A DNA stretch of 35,301 bases from Gemmatimonadota bacterium (GTDB lineage Bacteria; Gemmatimonadota; Gemmatimonadetes; Longimicrobiales; RSA9), in contig JADGGV010000003.1 of assembly GCA_019689775.1 (NCBI GenBank), forward strand, positions 1 through 35,301, given 5' to 3'. Position 1 is the first letter of the stretch. Each line of letters starts with the position of its first letter. Under the pieces are notes generated by a model. That model had not been told where the DNA came from. It did no database searches and saw nothing but the letters and a program-made list of their open reading frames with translations. The position numbers and the translations under genes were made by a program. Below are positions 17,188 to 28,402 of this stretch, one piece after another.

Positions 17188-18162
17188 CTACGGCGCGATC
17201 AGCGTCCCGGTCTCCCCGCGGATCGTTTCGAGCCCCTGGTCCAGCCGCCCGATGTAGGCGCGTCCACCGCCGCCGCGCACGAAGGCGATCGCGGCTTCGA
17301 CCTTCGGCCCCATGCTTCCGCGGCCGAACTCCCCGGCGCGGAGCATCGCTTCCGCCTCCGCGGCGGAGATGCTCCGGAGCAGCTCCTGCTGCGGGGTCCC
17401 CCACTTCCGGTACACCCCGTCGACGTTCGTCAGGATGAGCAGCGCCTCGGCCCCGATGTCGAGCGCCAGCACCTGCGCAGCGCGGTCCTTGTCGATGACG
17501 GCGTCGACGCCCTCGAGGCGCAGAACCGGGTCGCGGTAGACCGGGGTGCCGCCCCCGCCGGCGGCGATCACGATCGTACCGGCGTCGAGCAGGCGTCGCA
17601 CGAGGCTCCCCTCGACGATCGCGAGCGGTCGCGGCGACGGCACCAGGCGGCGCCAGCCGCCGTCGGCCGGCGCGATCGTCCAACCCAGCCTCCGGGCCAG
17701 CGCCTCGGCCTTCCCCCGATCGGTGAAGACGCGGCCGATCGGTTTCGTCGGCTCCGTCGTCGCGGGATCCTCCGGATCGACGAGCACCTGCGTGATCAGC
17801 GTGACCACGCGCCGGTCGATCCCCTCGCGCTCGAGCGCGTTCTCGAGCGACTGCTGGATCATGTACCCGATCCAGCCGGCGGTCGCGGCCACCAGCACGC
17901 CGAGCGGAAGCGGCGGCAGCTCCTCGTGCGCGAGCTCGTTGCGCAGCAGCTCGTCGCCGATCTGCGGGCCATTCCCGTGGACGATGGCGATCTGCCAGCC
18001 GTCCCGCGCCAGCGCGACGATCGGCGCGAGGCTGGTGCGCGCGAAGGCGAACTGCTCGTGGATGTCGCCCCGGCGCCCGGGCGGGAGCAAGGCATTGCCG
18101 CCGAGCGCGACGACGACGGACCGCGTCCCTACCGTCCTCCCGGTGTTCGGCCCGGCAATCAT
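17188..18162 (-). CDS. arcC: Carbamate kinase
   Basis: VVALGGNA, HGNGPQIG, PTKPIG, WRRLVPSPRP, GGGGTP, AVIDKD, GSMGPKVEAA. The exact start is uncertain (see findings). Confidence 0.92.
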   Translation of the reverse strand: MIAGPNTGRTVGTRSVVVALGGNALLPPGRRGDIHEQFAFARTSLAPIVALARDGWQIAIVHGNGPQIGDELLRNELAHEELPPLPLGVLVAATAGWIGYMIQQSLENALEREGIDRRVVTLITQVLVDPEDPATTEPTKPIGRVFTDRGKAEALARRLGWTIAPADGGWRRLVPSPRPLAIVEGSLVRRLLDAGTIVIAAGGGGTPVYRDPVLRLEGVDAVIDKDRAAQVLALDIGAEALLILTNVDGVYRKWGTPQQELLRSISAAEAEAMLRAGEFGRGSMGPKVEAAIAFVRGGGGRAYIGRLDQGLETIRGETGTLIAP

Positions 18163-18186
18163 ACGGGTGCCCCTCCGGTGTTGCAA
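18158..18186 (-). promoter_or_regulatory. sigma70-type promoter for arcC-sucCD-EIIA/CBS-ndk
   Basis: TTGCAA (18186-18181), 17 nt, TATGAT (18163-18158). Confidence 0.6.
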
Positions 18187-18198
18187 GCGACGACGGCG

Positions 18199-20937
18199 CT
18201 ACGGGCGCGTCGAGCGGACCTGCGACTGGAGCAACGCCCGCAGGTCGGCGAGCGCCGCGCCGAAGCCGGCGAAGTCGCCGTTGCGCAGGCGCTGCTCGGC
18301 GCGGTCGAGGAGATCGAGGGCGCGGCGTGGGAGCGTCGCGGCCGCGCCCCCGGCCGGGCGGAGCGTAGGCGTCTGCGGCGGCGCCGGGGTCGGCGGCCCG
18401 GCGCCGTGCAGCCCCTGTACGGCCTCGGGGAGCGACATCGCCATGACGACCTTCGCGCCGTCGCTCACGATGACGCGCTGGAGCTCGGGGATCGGGTTGC
18501 CGCTCCCCTGGGCGGACAGGAACAGCGGCTGGACGTAGAGGAAGCCGTGCTCGACGGGGACGATCCGGAGGTGGCCGAGGTTGACGTCGCTGCCGGCCTG
18601 GCGCCAGAGCGTGAGCTGGGGCGAGAGCGTCGGGTCCTGCTCGATCAGCGCCTGGACCTGGCCCGGGCCGGGGATCTGCTGGTCGCGCGGCAGCTCGTAG
18701 AGCACGAGCTGGCCGTAGGCGGGCGGATCGCTCCGCGCCGCCAGCAGCGCCGTCATGTTCTGCCGCTCCCGGGCGACGAACGGCATGACCAGCAGGAACT
18801 CCGGGTGCGCCTCCCCGGGGAGCGCCATGAGCGTGTGCAGCGGGCGGTACGGCCGGGCGGCCGGACCGGCCGAGCCGGGCGGGATGGCCCAGACGTCCAG
18901 GCTGGCGTAGAAGTCCCGCGGGTCGCTTAGATGATACTCGGCGAGGATCGCGGCCTGGGTCTGGAAGAGGAGGCTCGGGTAGCGGAGGTGCGCCTGGACG
19001 GCCGCCGGCATCCGCTCCCACGGCTGGATCAGCTCCGGGAAGATCCGTCGGTAGGTCTCGAGGACCGGATCGGTCGGCCCGACGGCGTAGAGGCGCACCG
19101 CGCCCGTGACGGCATCGACCGTCGCCTTGACGCTGCCCCGCAGGTAGCGCACGCGGCCGATCCCCTCCAGGGATTCGGCGCGCGAGAGCGGGAACGTCGC
19201 GGCGGTCGTGTAGCCGTCGATGATCCAGACGAGGCGCCCATCGAGGATCACCGGGTAGGGGCTCGGGTCCCAGAGCAGGAAGGGCGCCAGCGCCTGCACG
19301 CGCTCGCGCACCGAGCGGCGGAAGACGAGGCGGCTGTCCGGCGATAGCTCTCCGGAGAAGAGCAGGTTCTTGTCGCCGAAGCGCCACGCGAACGCAAGGA
19401 GCCGCGGCCAGGAGTCGAGACGGATCCCCGCGGGGAAGTCGCGCCCCGGGATCCCGGTGAACGCGGTGTCGCGGCGCGGCACGAGGATCACGTAACCGGT
19501 GAGCGTCTCGCCGATGAAGATGCTGGGGTTCAGCAAGCGGAGCTGCGGTGGCGCGGCGGCGGTGTCGAGCTGGAGCGTGTCGACCCCGCCCAGCCAGAGC
19601 ACCGGCTCGCCGTCGGCGCGCGACTCCGCGACCGGCGTTACGACGGCGCCCATCCCCCGCACGTACTTCGGGTTGAGGCGCTGCGAGATCCAGCTCCGGG
19701 CGCTCGGCGGGAGCCCCTCCGGCGTGAACTCGCGCGCGCCGATGGCCACTTGCGCCAGCCCGGCGCCGGGGACCGCGTAGCGATCGAAGTCGATGTCCGG
19801 GAACTTGTAGTAGCCGAAACCCGTCTGCGTCTGGTTGAACGCCGTCTCGAGCGGCTCGACGTCCCAGACCGGCAGGCGCGACAGGCTCGGCGCCAGGTCC
19901 TCCCACCGGCCGATCGGGGCCGGGCGGTAGGCGTACTCGCGGCGCTCGAGGCGGTCGAGGCCGTACGCCCGCAGCGTGAACTCGATGTTCCAGCCGATGT
20001 AGGGGCGCTCGCGCGCAAGCTCGTTCGGCTCGACGCGCAGCTTCTGCACGAGCGCGGGGTAGAGGTGGCCGGCGAGCAGGGCCGCCGCGATGAGCCCGCC
20101 CACGGCCACGAGCGGAGGGACCCAGACCCGGCGGACGGCGCCGTAGACGAGCGCGCCGGCGGCGAGGAGCGCAAGGAGCGCGAGACCGAGATCCGCCGGC
20201 AGCCGGGCGTGCACGTCGGTGTAGCCCAGGCTGCCGCGCACGCCGCTCCCCTCGAGGAGCAGGGCGTAGCGGTCCAGCCAGTAGCGGACACCGACCAGGA
20301 AGACGAGCCCGGCGATCAGGAGCGTGAAGTGCGTGCGCGCCGCGTCGCTCACCACCAGCCGGTTCTGGCGCCAGTGAATGGCGCCGACGAGCACGTAGCC
20401 CAGGAGCACCAGGAGGATGCTCCAGATCGTCGCCAGGAAGAGGAACTCCAGCAGCGAGACGTACGCCGGCAGGGAGAAGACGAAGAAGGACAGGTCCCGC
20501 CCGAAGACCGGATCGGTCACGCCCCAGCGGGCGTGGCGCAGCCAGGCGAGTACGGTGAGCACGCCGTCGCCGCCGAACTCGAGGCCGGAGAGCCACCAGC
20601 CGGCCAGACCGGCCGCGAGGCCGATCCCGGCGATCAGGTAGGCGCGCGGAACCTGTTCGGCGATCTCGAGGTTGCCGTAGCGGCGCCGCAGATGCACCGG
20701 CCCGAGCTGGCGCGCCACGACCCAGAGGTTGAGCAAGACGACGCCGGCGCCGATGGCCGCGGCGGCGCTCCGCACGAGCAAGGCGGCGCCGAGCCTGGTC
20801 CAGAACACGCCGAGGTAGCCAACCTCGCGGTACCAGAGCGCATCCGTGTAGAGCCCGACGAGCGCCTGCGCGGCCAGGAGCGCGGCGATGGCGGCGAGAC
20901 CGACGTAGAGGAGGATCCGACCCGGTCGACGGCTCAT
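18199..20937 (-). CDS. UPF0182 (COG1615) family membrane protein
   Basis: ATG 20937, 912 aa. YTDALWY, DPVFGRDLSFFVFSLP, GYTDVHARLP, VEPNELARERPYI, DIDFDRY, APFLLWDPSPYPV, WIIDGYT, VKATVDA, IPGPGQV, YVQPLFL, PELQRV. Confidence 0.9.
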   Translation of the reverse strand: MSRRPGRILLYVGLAAIAALLAAQALVGLYTDALWYREVGYLGVFWTRLGAALLVRSAAAAIGAGVVLLNLWVVARQLGPVHLRRRYGNLEIAEQVPRAYLIAGIGLAAGLAGWWLSGLEFGGDGVLTVLAWLRHARWGVTDPVFGRDLSFFVFSLPAYVSLLEFLFLATIWSILLVLLGYVLVGAIHWRQNRLVVSDAARTHFTLLIAGLVFLVGVRYWLDRYALLLEGSGVRGSLGYTDVHARLPADLGLALLALLAAGALVYGAVRRVWVPPLVAVGGLIAAALLAGHLYPALVQKLRVEPNELARERPYIGWNIEFTLRAYGLDRLERREYAYRPAPIGRWEDLAPSLSRLPVWDVEPLETAFNQTQTGFGYYKFPDIDFDRYAVPGAGLAQVAIGAREFTPEGLPPSARSWISQRLNPKYVRGMGAVVTPVAESRADGEPVLWLGGVDTLQLDTAAAPPQLRLLNPSIFIGETLTGYVILVPRRDTAFTGIPGRDFPAGIRLDSWPRLLAFAWRFGDKNLLFSGELSPDSRLVFRRSVRERVQALAPFLLWDPSPYPVILDGRLVWIIDGYTTAATFPLSRAESLEGIGRVRYLRGSVKATVDAVTGAVRLYAVGPTDPVLETYRRIFPELIQPWERMPAAVQAHLRYPSLLFQTQAAILAEYHLSDPRDFYASLDVWAIPPGSAGPAARPYRPLHTLMALPGEAHPEFLLVMPFVARERQNMTALLAARSDPPAYGQLVLYELPRDQQIPGPGQVQALIEQDPTLSPQLTLWRQAGSDVNLGHLRIVPVEHGFLYVQPLFLSAQGSGNPIPELQRVIVSDGAKVVMAMSLPEAVQGLHGAGPPTPAPPQTPTLRPAGGAAATLPRRALDLLDRAEQRLRNGDFAGFGAALADLRALLQSQVRSTRP

Positions 20938-20938
20938 C

Positions 20939-22312
20939 TCACACGCCGACGCCCTGCTCGCGCAGCCACCCCTCCATCGTCCGGCGGATCTCCGCGAGCT
21001 TCTCGGGCGTGCTGGCCTCGAAGCGGAGGACGAGCACCGGCTGCGTGTTCGACGCCCGCAGCAGCCCCCACCCGCCGTCGAACAGCACGCGCGCGCCATC
21101 GACGTCGACGACGTCGTGGTCCCGGCGGAAGTGCTCGACCGCCTCGCGGACGATCGCGAACTTCCGCTCCTCCGGCACGTCGACGCGCAGCTCCGGCGTC
21201 GACTCGTAGTGCGGCAGCTCGGCGACCAGGGCGGAGAGGGGCCGGTCCGACCGCGCCACCAGCTCCACCGCCCGGCAGGCGGCGTAGAGCGCGTCGTCGA
21301 ACCCGAAGTAGTCGTCGCCGAAGCAGATATGGCCGGAGAGCTCCCCCGCGATCGGCGCGCCCTCCTCCTTCATCTTCTCCTTCATGAGCGAGTGGCCGGT
21401 CTTCCACATGATCGGCCGCCCGCCCCGGGCGCCGAACACCTCGGGGATCGCCTGGGTGCACTTGACGTCGAAGACCAGCTTCTGCCCCGGCCCGCGGCGC
21501 TCCAGGATGTCCAGCGCGAACAGCAGGAGGAGCAGGTCGGCCCGCACGATGTTCCCCTGCTCGTCGACGACGCCGATCCGGTCCGCATCGCCGTCGAACG
21601 CCACGCCCAGGTCCGCCTCCTCCTCCCGAACCCGCGCGATCAGGTCGACCAGGTTCTCGTCCACGACCGGATCCGGGTGGTGGTGCGGGAACGTGCCGTC
21701 GGAGATGCAATAGAGCGGCACGACGTCCGCGCCGATCCGCTCGAGCAGCGGCACGGCGACCAGGCTCCCGGTGCCGTTGCCGCAGTCCGCGACGACCTTC
21801 ACCGGGCGGCGCAGCTCGAAGCGCCCGGCGACGTCGTCGATGTAGGTCGGGAGGATGTCGCGCCGCTCGAGATCACCGCGGCCCGACGCGAAATCGCCGC
21901 GCTCGATCCGCTCGCGCAGCCGCTGGATGGCCTCGCCGTACACGGAGCGGCCGCCGATCGTCATCTTGAACCCGTTGTACTCGGGCGGGTTGTGCGAGCC
22001 GGTGATCTGGAAGCCGCCGTCGGCCTCGTAGCGGATCTCGGCGTAGTACAGGAGCGGCGTCGGGACCGTGCCGACGTCGATGACGTTCACACCGGCGGAA
22101 CGGATCCCCTTGATCACCAACTCCGCCAGGTCCGGCGAGCTCGGCCGATTGTCCCGACCAACCACGACGGTCAAGGCATACCCGTTGGCGCGCACCCGGC
22201 GAAGCTCGCTGGCGTAGGCGCGGCCGACGAGCTCCGGCACGTCCCCGGCCAGGTCGGCCGCCACGACGCCGCGGATGTCGTACTCACGGAAGATATGCGG
22301 ATTGATCTGCAT
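20939..22312 (-). CDS. Phosphomannomutase/phosphoglucomutase (AlgC-like)
   Basis: IFREYDIRG, ITGSHNPPEYNG (phospho-Ser), FDGDADR (metal loop), GELSGH, RASNTQP. Confidence 0.93.
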   Translation of the reverse strand: MQINPHIFREYDIRGVVAADLAGDVPELVGRAYASELRRVRANGYALTVVVGRDNRPSSPDLAELVIKGIRSAGVNVIDVGTVPTPLLYYAEIRYEADGGFQITGSHNPPEYNGFKMTIGGRSVYGEAIQRLRERIERGDFASGRGDLERRDILPTYIDDVAGRFELRRPVKVVADCGNGTGSLVAVPLLERIGADVVPLYCISDGTFPHHHPDPVVDENLVDLIARVREEEADLGVAFDGDADRIGVVDEQGNIVRADLLLLLFALDILERRGPGQKLVFDVKCTQAIPEVFGARGGRPIMWKTGHSLMKEKMKEEGAPIAGELSGHICFGDDYFGFDDALYAACRAVELVARSDRPLSALVAELPHYESTPELRVDVPEERKFAIVREAVEHFRRDHDVVDVDGARVLFDGGWGLLRASNTQPVLVLRFEASTPEKLAEIRRTMEGWLREQGVGV

Positions 22313-22346
22313 CTCGGGTTCTCGCTCACGACGGGGAAGCGGTTGA

Positions 22347-22376
22347 ATTCTAGCCGAGCGGTCTTCGGGGCGTCAA
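22347..22376 (-). promoter_or_regulatory. sigma70-type promoter for the PMM/PGM-UPF0182 unit
   Basis: TTGACG (22376-22371), 18 nt, TAGAAT (22352-22347), about 35 nt upstream of the ATG. Confidence 0.65.
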
Positions 22377-23921
22377 ATGGCACACGTCGGCCCCGGCGCC
22401 GCCGCCCCGCGCCGGCGATCGGCCATAAGTGCAAGCGGCCGGCGCCTGGAGCAACGCCGACGCGCCGTCCTGCGCCGCACGCAGCAGCCCGCCCGGCGCC
22501 ACACCCAGCGCCACCACCAGGATCGCCGCCGCGACGAGCGCGGCGGTCATCGCGCGCGGCGTGCGAACCGGCTGCGGCGCGCCGGCCGGCGCCTCGCGGA
22601 ACCACATGTACCACGCCACGCGCAGGTAGTACCAGTAGGACACCAGCGACGTCAGGACCAGGATGACGGCCAGCCAGTTCATCCCCTTCTCGACCGCGGC
22701 GCGCAGGATGAAGACCTTCCCGATGAAGCCACCGGTGAAGGGGAAGCCGGCCAGCGAGAGGAGGAAGATCGTCATCACGACGCCGAGCAACGGCTGGCGC
22801 CAGCCCAACCCGCTGTAGCTCTCGATGTCGAGCCACTCCTCCCCGCGCCCCGCCACCGCCACCATGACGGCGAAGGCGCCGATCGTCATGAGCGTGTAGA
22901 TGACGAGGTAGAACAGGAACGACGCCGCGCCGATCACGCTGGCCGACGCCAACGCCACCAGGAGGTAGCCGGCATGCGCGATGCTGGAGTACGCCAGCAT
23001 GCGCTTCACGTTCGGCTCGACGAGAGCCGTCAGGTTGGCCACCACCATCGTGAGGATCGCGAGCCAGAAGACCATCCGCCCCCAGGTGTCGTAGAGGCCC
23101 GGGAACGCGGTCAGGAAGACCCGCAGGAACGCCGCGAACGCCGCCGCCTTCACCGACGCCGCCATGAACGCCGTCACCGGCGCCGGCGCCCCCTCGTACG
23201 CGTCGGGCGTCCACATGTGGAACGGCACCGCGGCGACCTTGAAGCCGAACCCGACAGCGAGCAACGCCATGCCGATCGTGACGAGCGGGTTCGCCCGAAG
23301 CCCGTCCACCCCGATCGCCTGCGCAACCAGGGTGAGGTTCGTGGTGCGCGCCCCGCCGTAGACCAGCGCGATCCCGAAGAGGAAGAACGCGCTGGAGAAG
23401 GCGCCCAGGAGGAAGTACTTGATGGCGCCCTCGGCCGACAGGCGGCTCCGGCGATTCGCCCCCGTCAGCACGTAGATCGGCACCGACAGCAGCTCGAGGC
23501 CGAGGAAGATGAGCATCAGGTCGCGCGTCCCCGCGAACAGCATCATCCCCACGGTCGAGAGGAGCATCAGCACGTACAGCTCGCCCAGCCGCAGCCGCTC
23601 CTCCTCGAGGTACCGGGTCGAGATCAGCACGAACAGCACGCCGGCCAGGAGGAAGAGGAAGTTCGTGAAGACCCGGAACCCATCCAGCGCGATCACACCC
23701 GTCGGCGTCGCCTCGCGCAGCGTCAACAGCCAGAGATTGGCCGCGCCCGCGAGCAGCAGCCCGAGCAGCGTGAGCCAGGCGATGGCCGGGCTGGACGGCT
23801 CGCTCCGATCTTCCTTCTGGAAGACGTCGACGAGCAGGATCAGCATCGCCCACACCGTGAGCAGCACCTCGGGGAGGAGCGCCACGATGTACTGGATCTG
23901 ACTGGAAAAATCGATGTTCAT
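22350..23921 (-). CDS. nuoN: NADH-quinone oxidoreductase subunit N
   Basis: FLGLELLS, EGAIKYF, FKVAAVPFHMWTPDAYEGAP, KRMLAYSSIAHAGY, SLAGFP; last gene of the nuo operon. Confidence 0.95.
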   Translation of the reverse strand: MNIDFSSQIQYIVALLPEVLLTVWAMLILLVDVFQKEDRSEPSSPAIAWLTLLGLLLAGAANLWLLTLREATPTGVIALDGFRVFTNFLFLLAGVLFVLISTRYLEEERLRLGELYVLMLLSTVGMMLFAGTRDLMLIFLGLELLSVPIYVLTGANRRSRLSAEGAIKYFLLGAFSSAFFLFGIALVYGGARTTNLTLVAQAIGVDGLRANPLVTIGMALLAVGFGFKVAAVPFHMWTPDAYEGAPAPVTAFMAASVKAAAFAAFLRVFLTAFPGLYDTWGRMVFWLAILTMVVANLTALVEPNVKRMLAYSSIAHAGYLLVALASASVIGAASFLFYLVIYTLMTIGAFAVMVAVAGRGEEWLDIESYSGLGWRQPLLGVVMTIFLLSLAGFPFTGGFIGKVFILRAAVEKGMNWLAVILVLTSLVSYWYYLRVAWYMWFREAPAGAPQPVRTPRAMTAALVAAAILVVALGVAPGGLLRAAQDGASALLQAPAACTYGRSPARGGGAGADVCHLTPRRPLG

Positions 23922-23950
23922 TCGAGGTTGTCTTCCGCGTCAGGGCCGCA

Positions 23951-25540
23951 TCACGGCTGCCGCGCCACGACCAGCCGCCCGGCGCGCGCCGCGGGCGGCG
24001 CATCCAGCCCGATCATCGGCGGCGGCGCGATCCGGCGTTGCTCGACCGTCGTCAGCAACTCCTCGATGCTCGTCTGCGTCGCATCCAGGAACGGCTTCGG
24101 GTAGACGCCGATCCAGATCATCGCCGCGACGAGCGGCGCCAGCACCACGATCTCACGTCGGCTGAGGTCCGGCAGCGTCTGGTTCTCCGGCTTGTCCAGC
24201 GCGTTGAACCAGATGCGCTGCACCATCGGCAGCATGTAGTACGCGGCGAAGATGACGCCCGACGCGCCGATGAGCGCCACCCACGGGTGCGTCAGGAACG
24301 TCCCGATCAGCGAGAGGAACTCGCCCACGAAGCCGCTCGTGCCCGGCAGCCCGATGCTCGCCAGCGCCGTGATCACGAAGACCGTGGCGAACAGCGGCAT
24401 GACGGCCGCGAGCCCGCCGAACGCCGCGATCTCGCGCGTGTGGCGCCGCTCGTAGAGCATCCCGAGGAGCAGGAACATCGCGCCCGTCGAGGCCCCGTGC
24501 GACAGCATGACGATCATCGCGCCCTGAAGCCCTTGCACGGTCAGCGCGAAGATGCCGAGCACCACGAAGCCCATGTGGGCGACCGACGTGTAGGCGATCA
24601 GCTTCTTCGCGTCCGGCTGCACCGCGGCGACCCACGCCGTGTAGATGATCCCCGCCAGACCGAACGCGAGCACGATCCCGACCAGCAGCGGCGCCGTGGA
24701 CGCCTGCGGGAAGAACGGCAGCAGGAAGCGCAGGAAGCCGTAGCCGCCCATCTTCAGCAGCACCGCCGCAAGGATCACCGACCCGGGCGTCGGCGCCTCG
24801 ACGTGGGCATCCGGCAGCCACGTGTGGAACGGGAAGAGCGGCACCTTGATGGCGAACGCCAGCCCGAACGCCAGGAACAGCCAGATCTGCTCGCGGTACG
24901 TCAGCGGCACCTGGAGCAGATCGAGGTAGGCGAAGGAGTACTCACCCGTCAGCGCGTGGAACTTGAACACCATGTACAGGATCGCCACCAGCATGAGCAA
25001 CGACCCGAACGTGGTGTACAGGAAGAACTTGATCGCCGCGTAGACCCGCCGCTCCCCGCCCCAGATGCCGATGATGAAGTACATCGGCACCAGCATGACC
25101 TCCCAGAACATGAAGAACAGGAAGAGGTCGAGGGCGACAAACACCCCGACGATGCCCGTCTCGAGCAGGAGCATCATGGCGTAGAACGTCCGCTCCCGCT
25201 TCGTGATGTAGCGGAACGACCCCAGCACCGTGAGCGGCATGATGAAGGTCGTCAGCAACACCAGGAAGAGGCTGATGCCGTCGAGGCCGACGCGGTAGTA
25301 GATCCCCCACGGCCGGATCCAGGGCATCGTGGTCGCGAACTGGAACGCCGCCGTCGCCGGGTTGAAGGCGGGCCACAGCGGGATCGACACGATGAACTCG
25401 ACGAGCGTCACGACGAGCGCGAGCCGCTTCGAGACCGCCTCGGGCGCCAGGAGCACACCGAACATCCCGACGAGCGGGAACCAGATCAGGAAGTGGAGCG
25501 CCCAGCCCGCGAAGTGAATGTGCTCGAGGAAGACGTTCAT
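23951..25540 (-). CDS. nuoM: NADH-quinone oxidoreductase subunit M
   Basis: GLDGISL, FWEVMLVPMY, KVPLFPFHTWLPDAHVEAPT, LLKMGGYG, IGLPGTSGFVGEF. Confidence 0.96.
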   Translation of the reverse strand: MNVFLEHIHFAGWALHFLIWFPLVGMFGVLLAPEAVSKRLALVVTLVEFIVSIPLWPAFNPATAAFQFATTMPWIRPWGIYYRVGLDGISLFLVLLTTFIMPLTVLGSFRYITKRERTFYAMMLLLETGIVGVFVALDLFLFFMFWEVMLVPMYFIIGIWGGERRVYAAIKFFLYTTFGSLLMLVAILYMVFKFHALTGEYSFAYLDLLQVPLTYREQIWLFLAFGLAFAIKVPLFPFHTWLPDAHVEAPTPGSVILAAVLLKMGGYGFLRFLLPFFPQASTAPLLVGIVLAFGLAGIIYTAWVAAVQPDAKKLIAYTSVAHMGFVVLGIFALTVQGLQGAMIVMLSHGASTGAMFLLLGMLYERRHTREIAAFGGLAAVMPLFATVFVITALASIGLPGTSGFVGEFLSLIGTFLTHPWVALIGASGVIFAAYYMLPMVQRIWFNALDKPENQTLPDLSRREIVVLAPLVAAMIWIGVYPKPFLDATQTSIEELLTTVEQRRIAPPPMIGLDAPPAARAGRLVVARQP

Positions 25541-25547
25541 CCGGTCC

Positions 25548-27584
<2,037 letters not shown>

Positions 27585-27585
27585 G

Positions 27586-27879
27586 CTACCACCGGAGCAG
27601 GTTGAAGTTCTTGATGTCGACCGTCTCGATGTGGCGGAAGATCGAGATGATGATGGCCAGCCCGACGGCTGCCTCCGCGGCCGCGACGGAAATGACAAAG
27701 AAGACGAACACCTGGCCCTCGATCCCGACGGCCCGGGAGAGGGCGATGAACGCCAGGTTCGCGGCGTTGAGCATCAGCTCGACGCACATGAACAGGATGA
27801 TCGCGTTGCGGCGGATGACCACGCCGAGCACGCCGATGGCGAACAGGATCGCCGCCAACACCAGGGAGAGCGTGAGCAT
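27586..27879 (-). CDS. nuoK: NADH-quinone oxidoreductase subunit K
   Basis: [26 protein letters not shown]. Confidence 0.96.
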   Translation of the reverse strand: MLTLSLVLAAILFAIGVLGVVIRRNAIILFMCVELMLNAANLAFIALSRAVGIEGQVFVFFVISVAAAEAAVGLAIIISIFRHIETVDIKNFNLLRW

Positions 27880-27883
27880 CGCG

Positions 27884-28402
27884 TCACACCCTCCGCTTGG
27901 CGAGGACCACGGCCCCGATCGCGGCGACGAGCAGCAGCACCGACGTCACCTCGAAGGCCACCGAGAAGTCGCGGAACAGCGGCGCGGCGATCACGCCGAC
28001 GGCGCCCTGGCGTTGGACCAGCTCGTCGAGCGGCGAGGTCAGCCCGGACGGCAGCTCCAGCGACGGGGTGCGCACCGCGCGGTACAGCACGAACCCGATC
28101 AGGCCCGAGGCCAGCCCGCCCAGCACCAGCCACACGCCCCGTCGCAGGTCGGCGTGGTAGTCGTGCCCCAGATTGAGCAACATGATCACGAACAGGAACA
28201 GCACCATGATGGCGCCGGCGTAGACGATGACCTGGATCGCCGAGATGAAAAAGGCGCCCAGGAGCACGTAGATCGCCGCCAGGCCGAAGAACGTCACGAC
28301 CAGCGAGAGCAGGCTGCCCACCGGATTGCGGCTCAGCACCATGCCGAGCGCACCGAGGACCGCCTCCGCGGCGAAGATCCACCAGAGGATTTCCCTGATC
28401 AT
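27884..28402 (-). CDS. nuoJ: NADH-quinone oxidoreductase subunit J
   Basis: ATG 28402 (ATGA overlap with nuoI). [31 protein letters not shown]. Confidence 0.95.
   Translation of the reverse strand: MIREILWWIFAAEAVLGALGMVLSRNPVGSLLSLVVTFFGLAAIYVLLGAFFISAIQVIVYAGAIMVLFLFVIMLLNLGHDYHADLRRGVWLVLGGLASGLIGFVLYRAVRTPSLELPSGLTSPLDELVQRQGAVGVIAAPLFRDFSVAFEVTSVLLLVAAIGAVVLAKRRV

Noticed and set aside
14785-18930. 1381-aa plus-strand ORF, and similar long plus-strand ORFs (6166-9225, 25518-27605, 28402-30315 and others)
   Set aside because: These are antisense shadows of well-conserved minus-strand genes. High GC3 suppresses stops, and the translations are R/G/A/P-rich with no recognisable motifs.
15020-20596. 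1858-aa minus-strand ORF
   Set aside because: It is an alternative frame over UPF0182, arcC, sucC and sucD, with Arg/Pro/Gly-dominated composition typical of off-frame GC-rich DNA.
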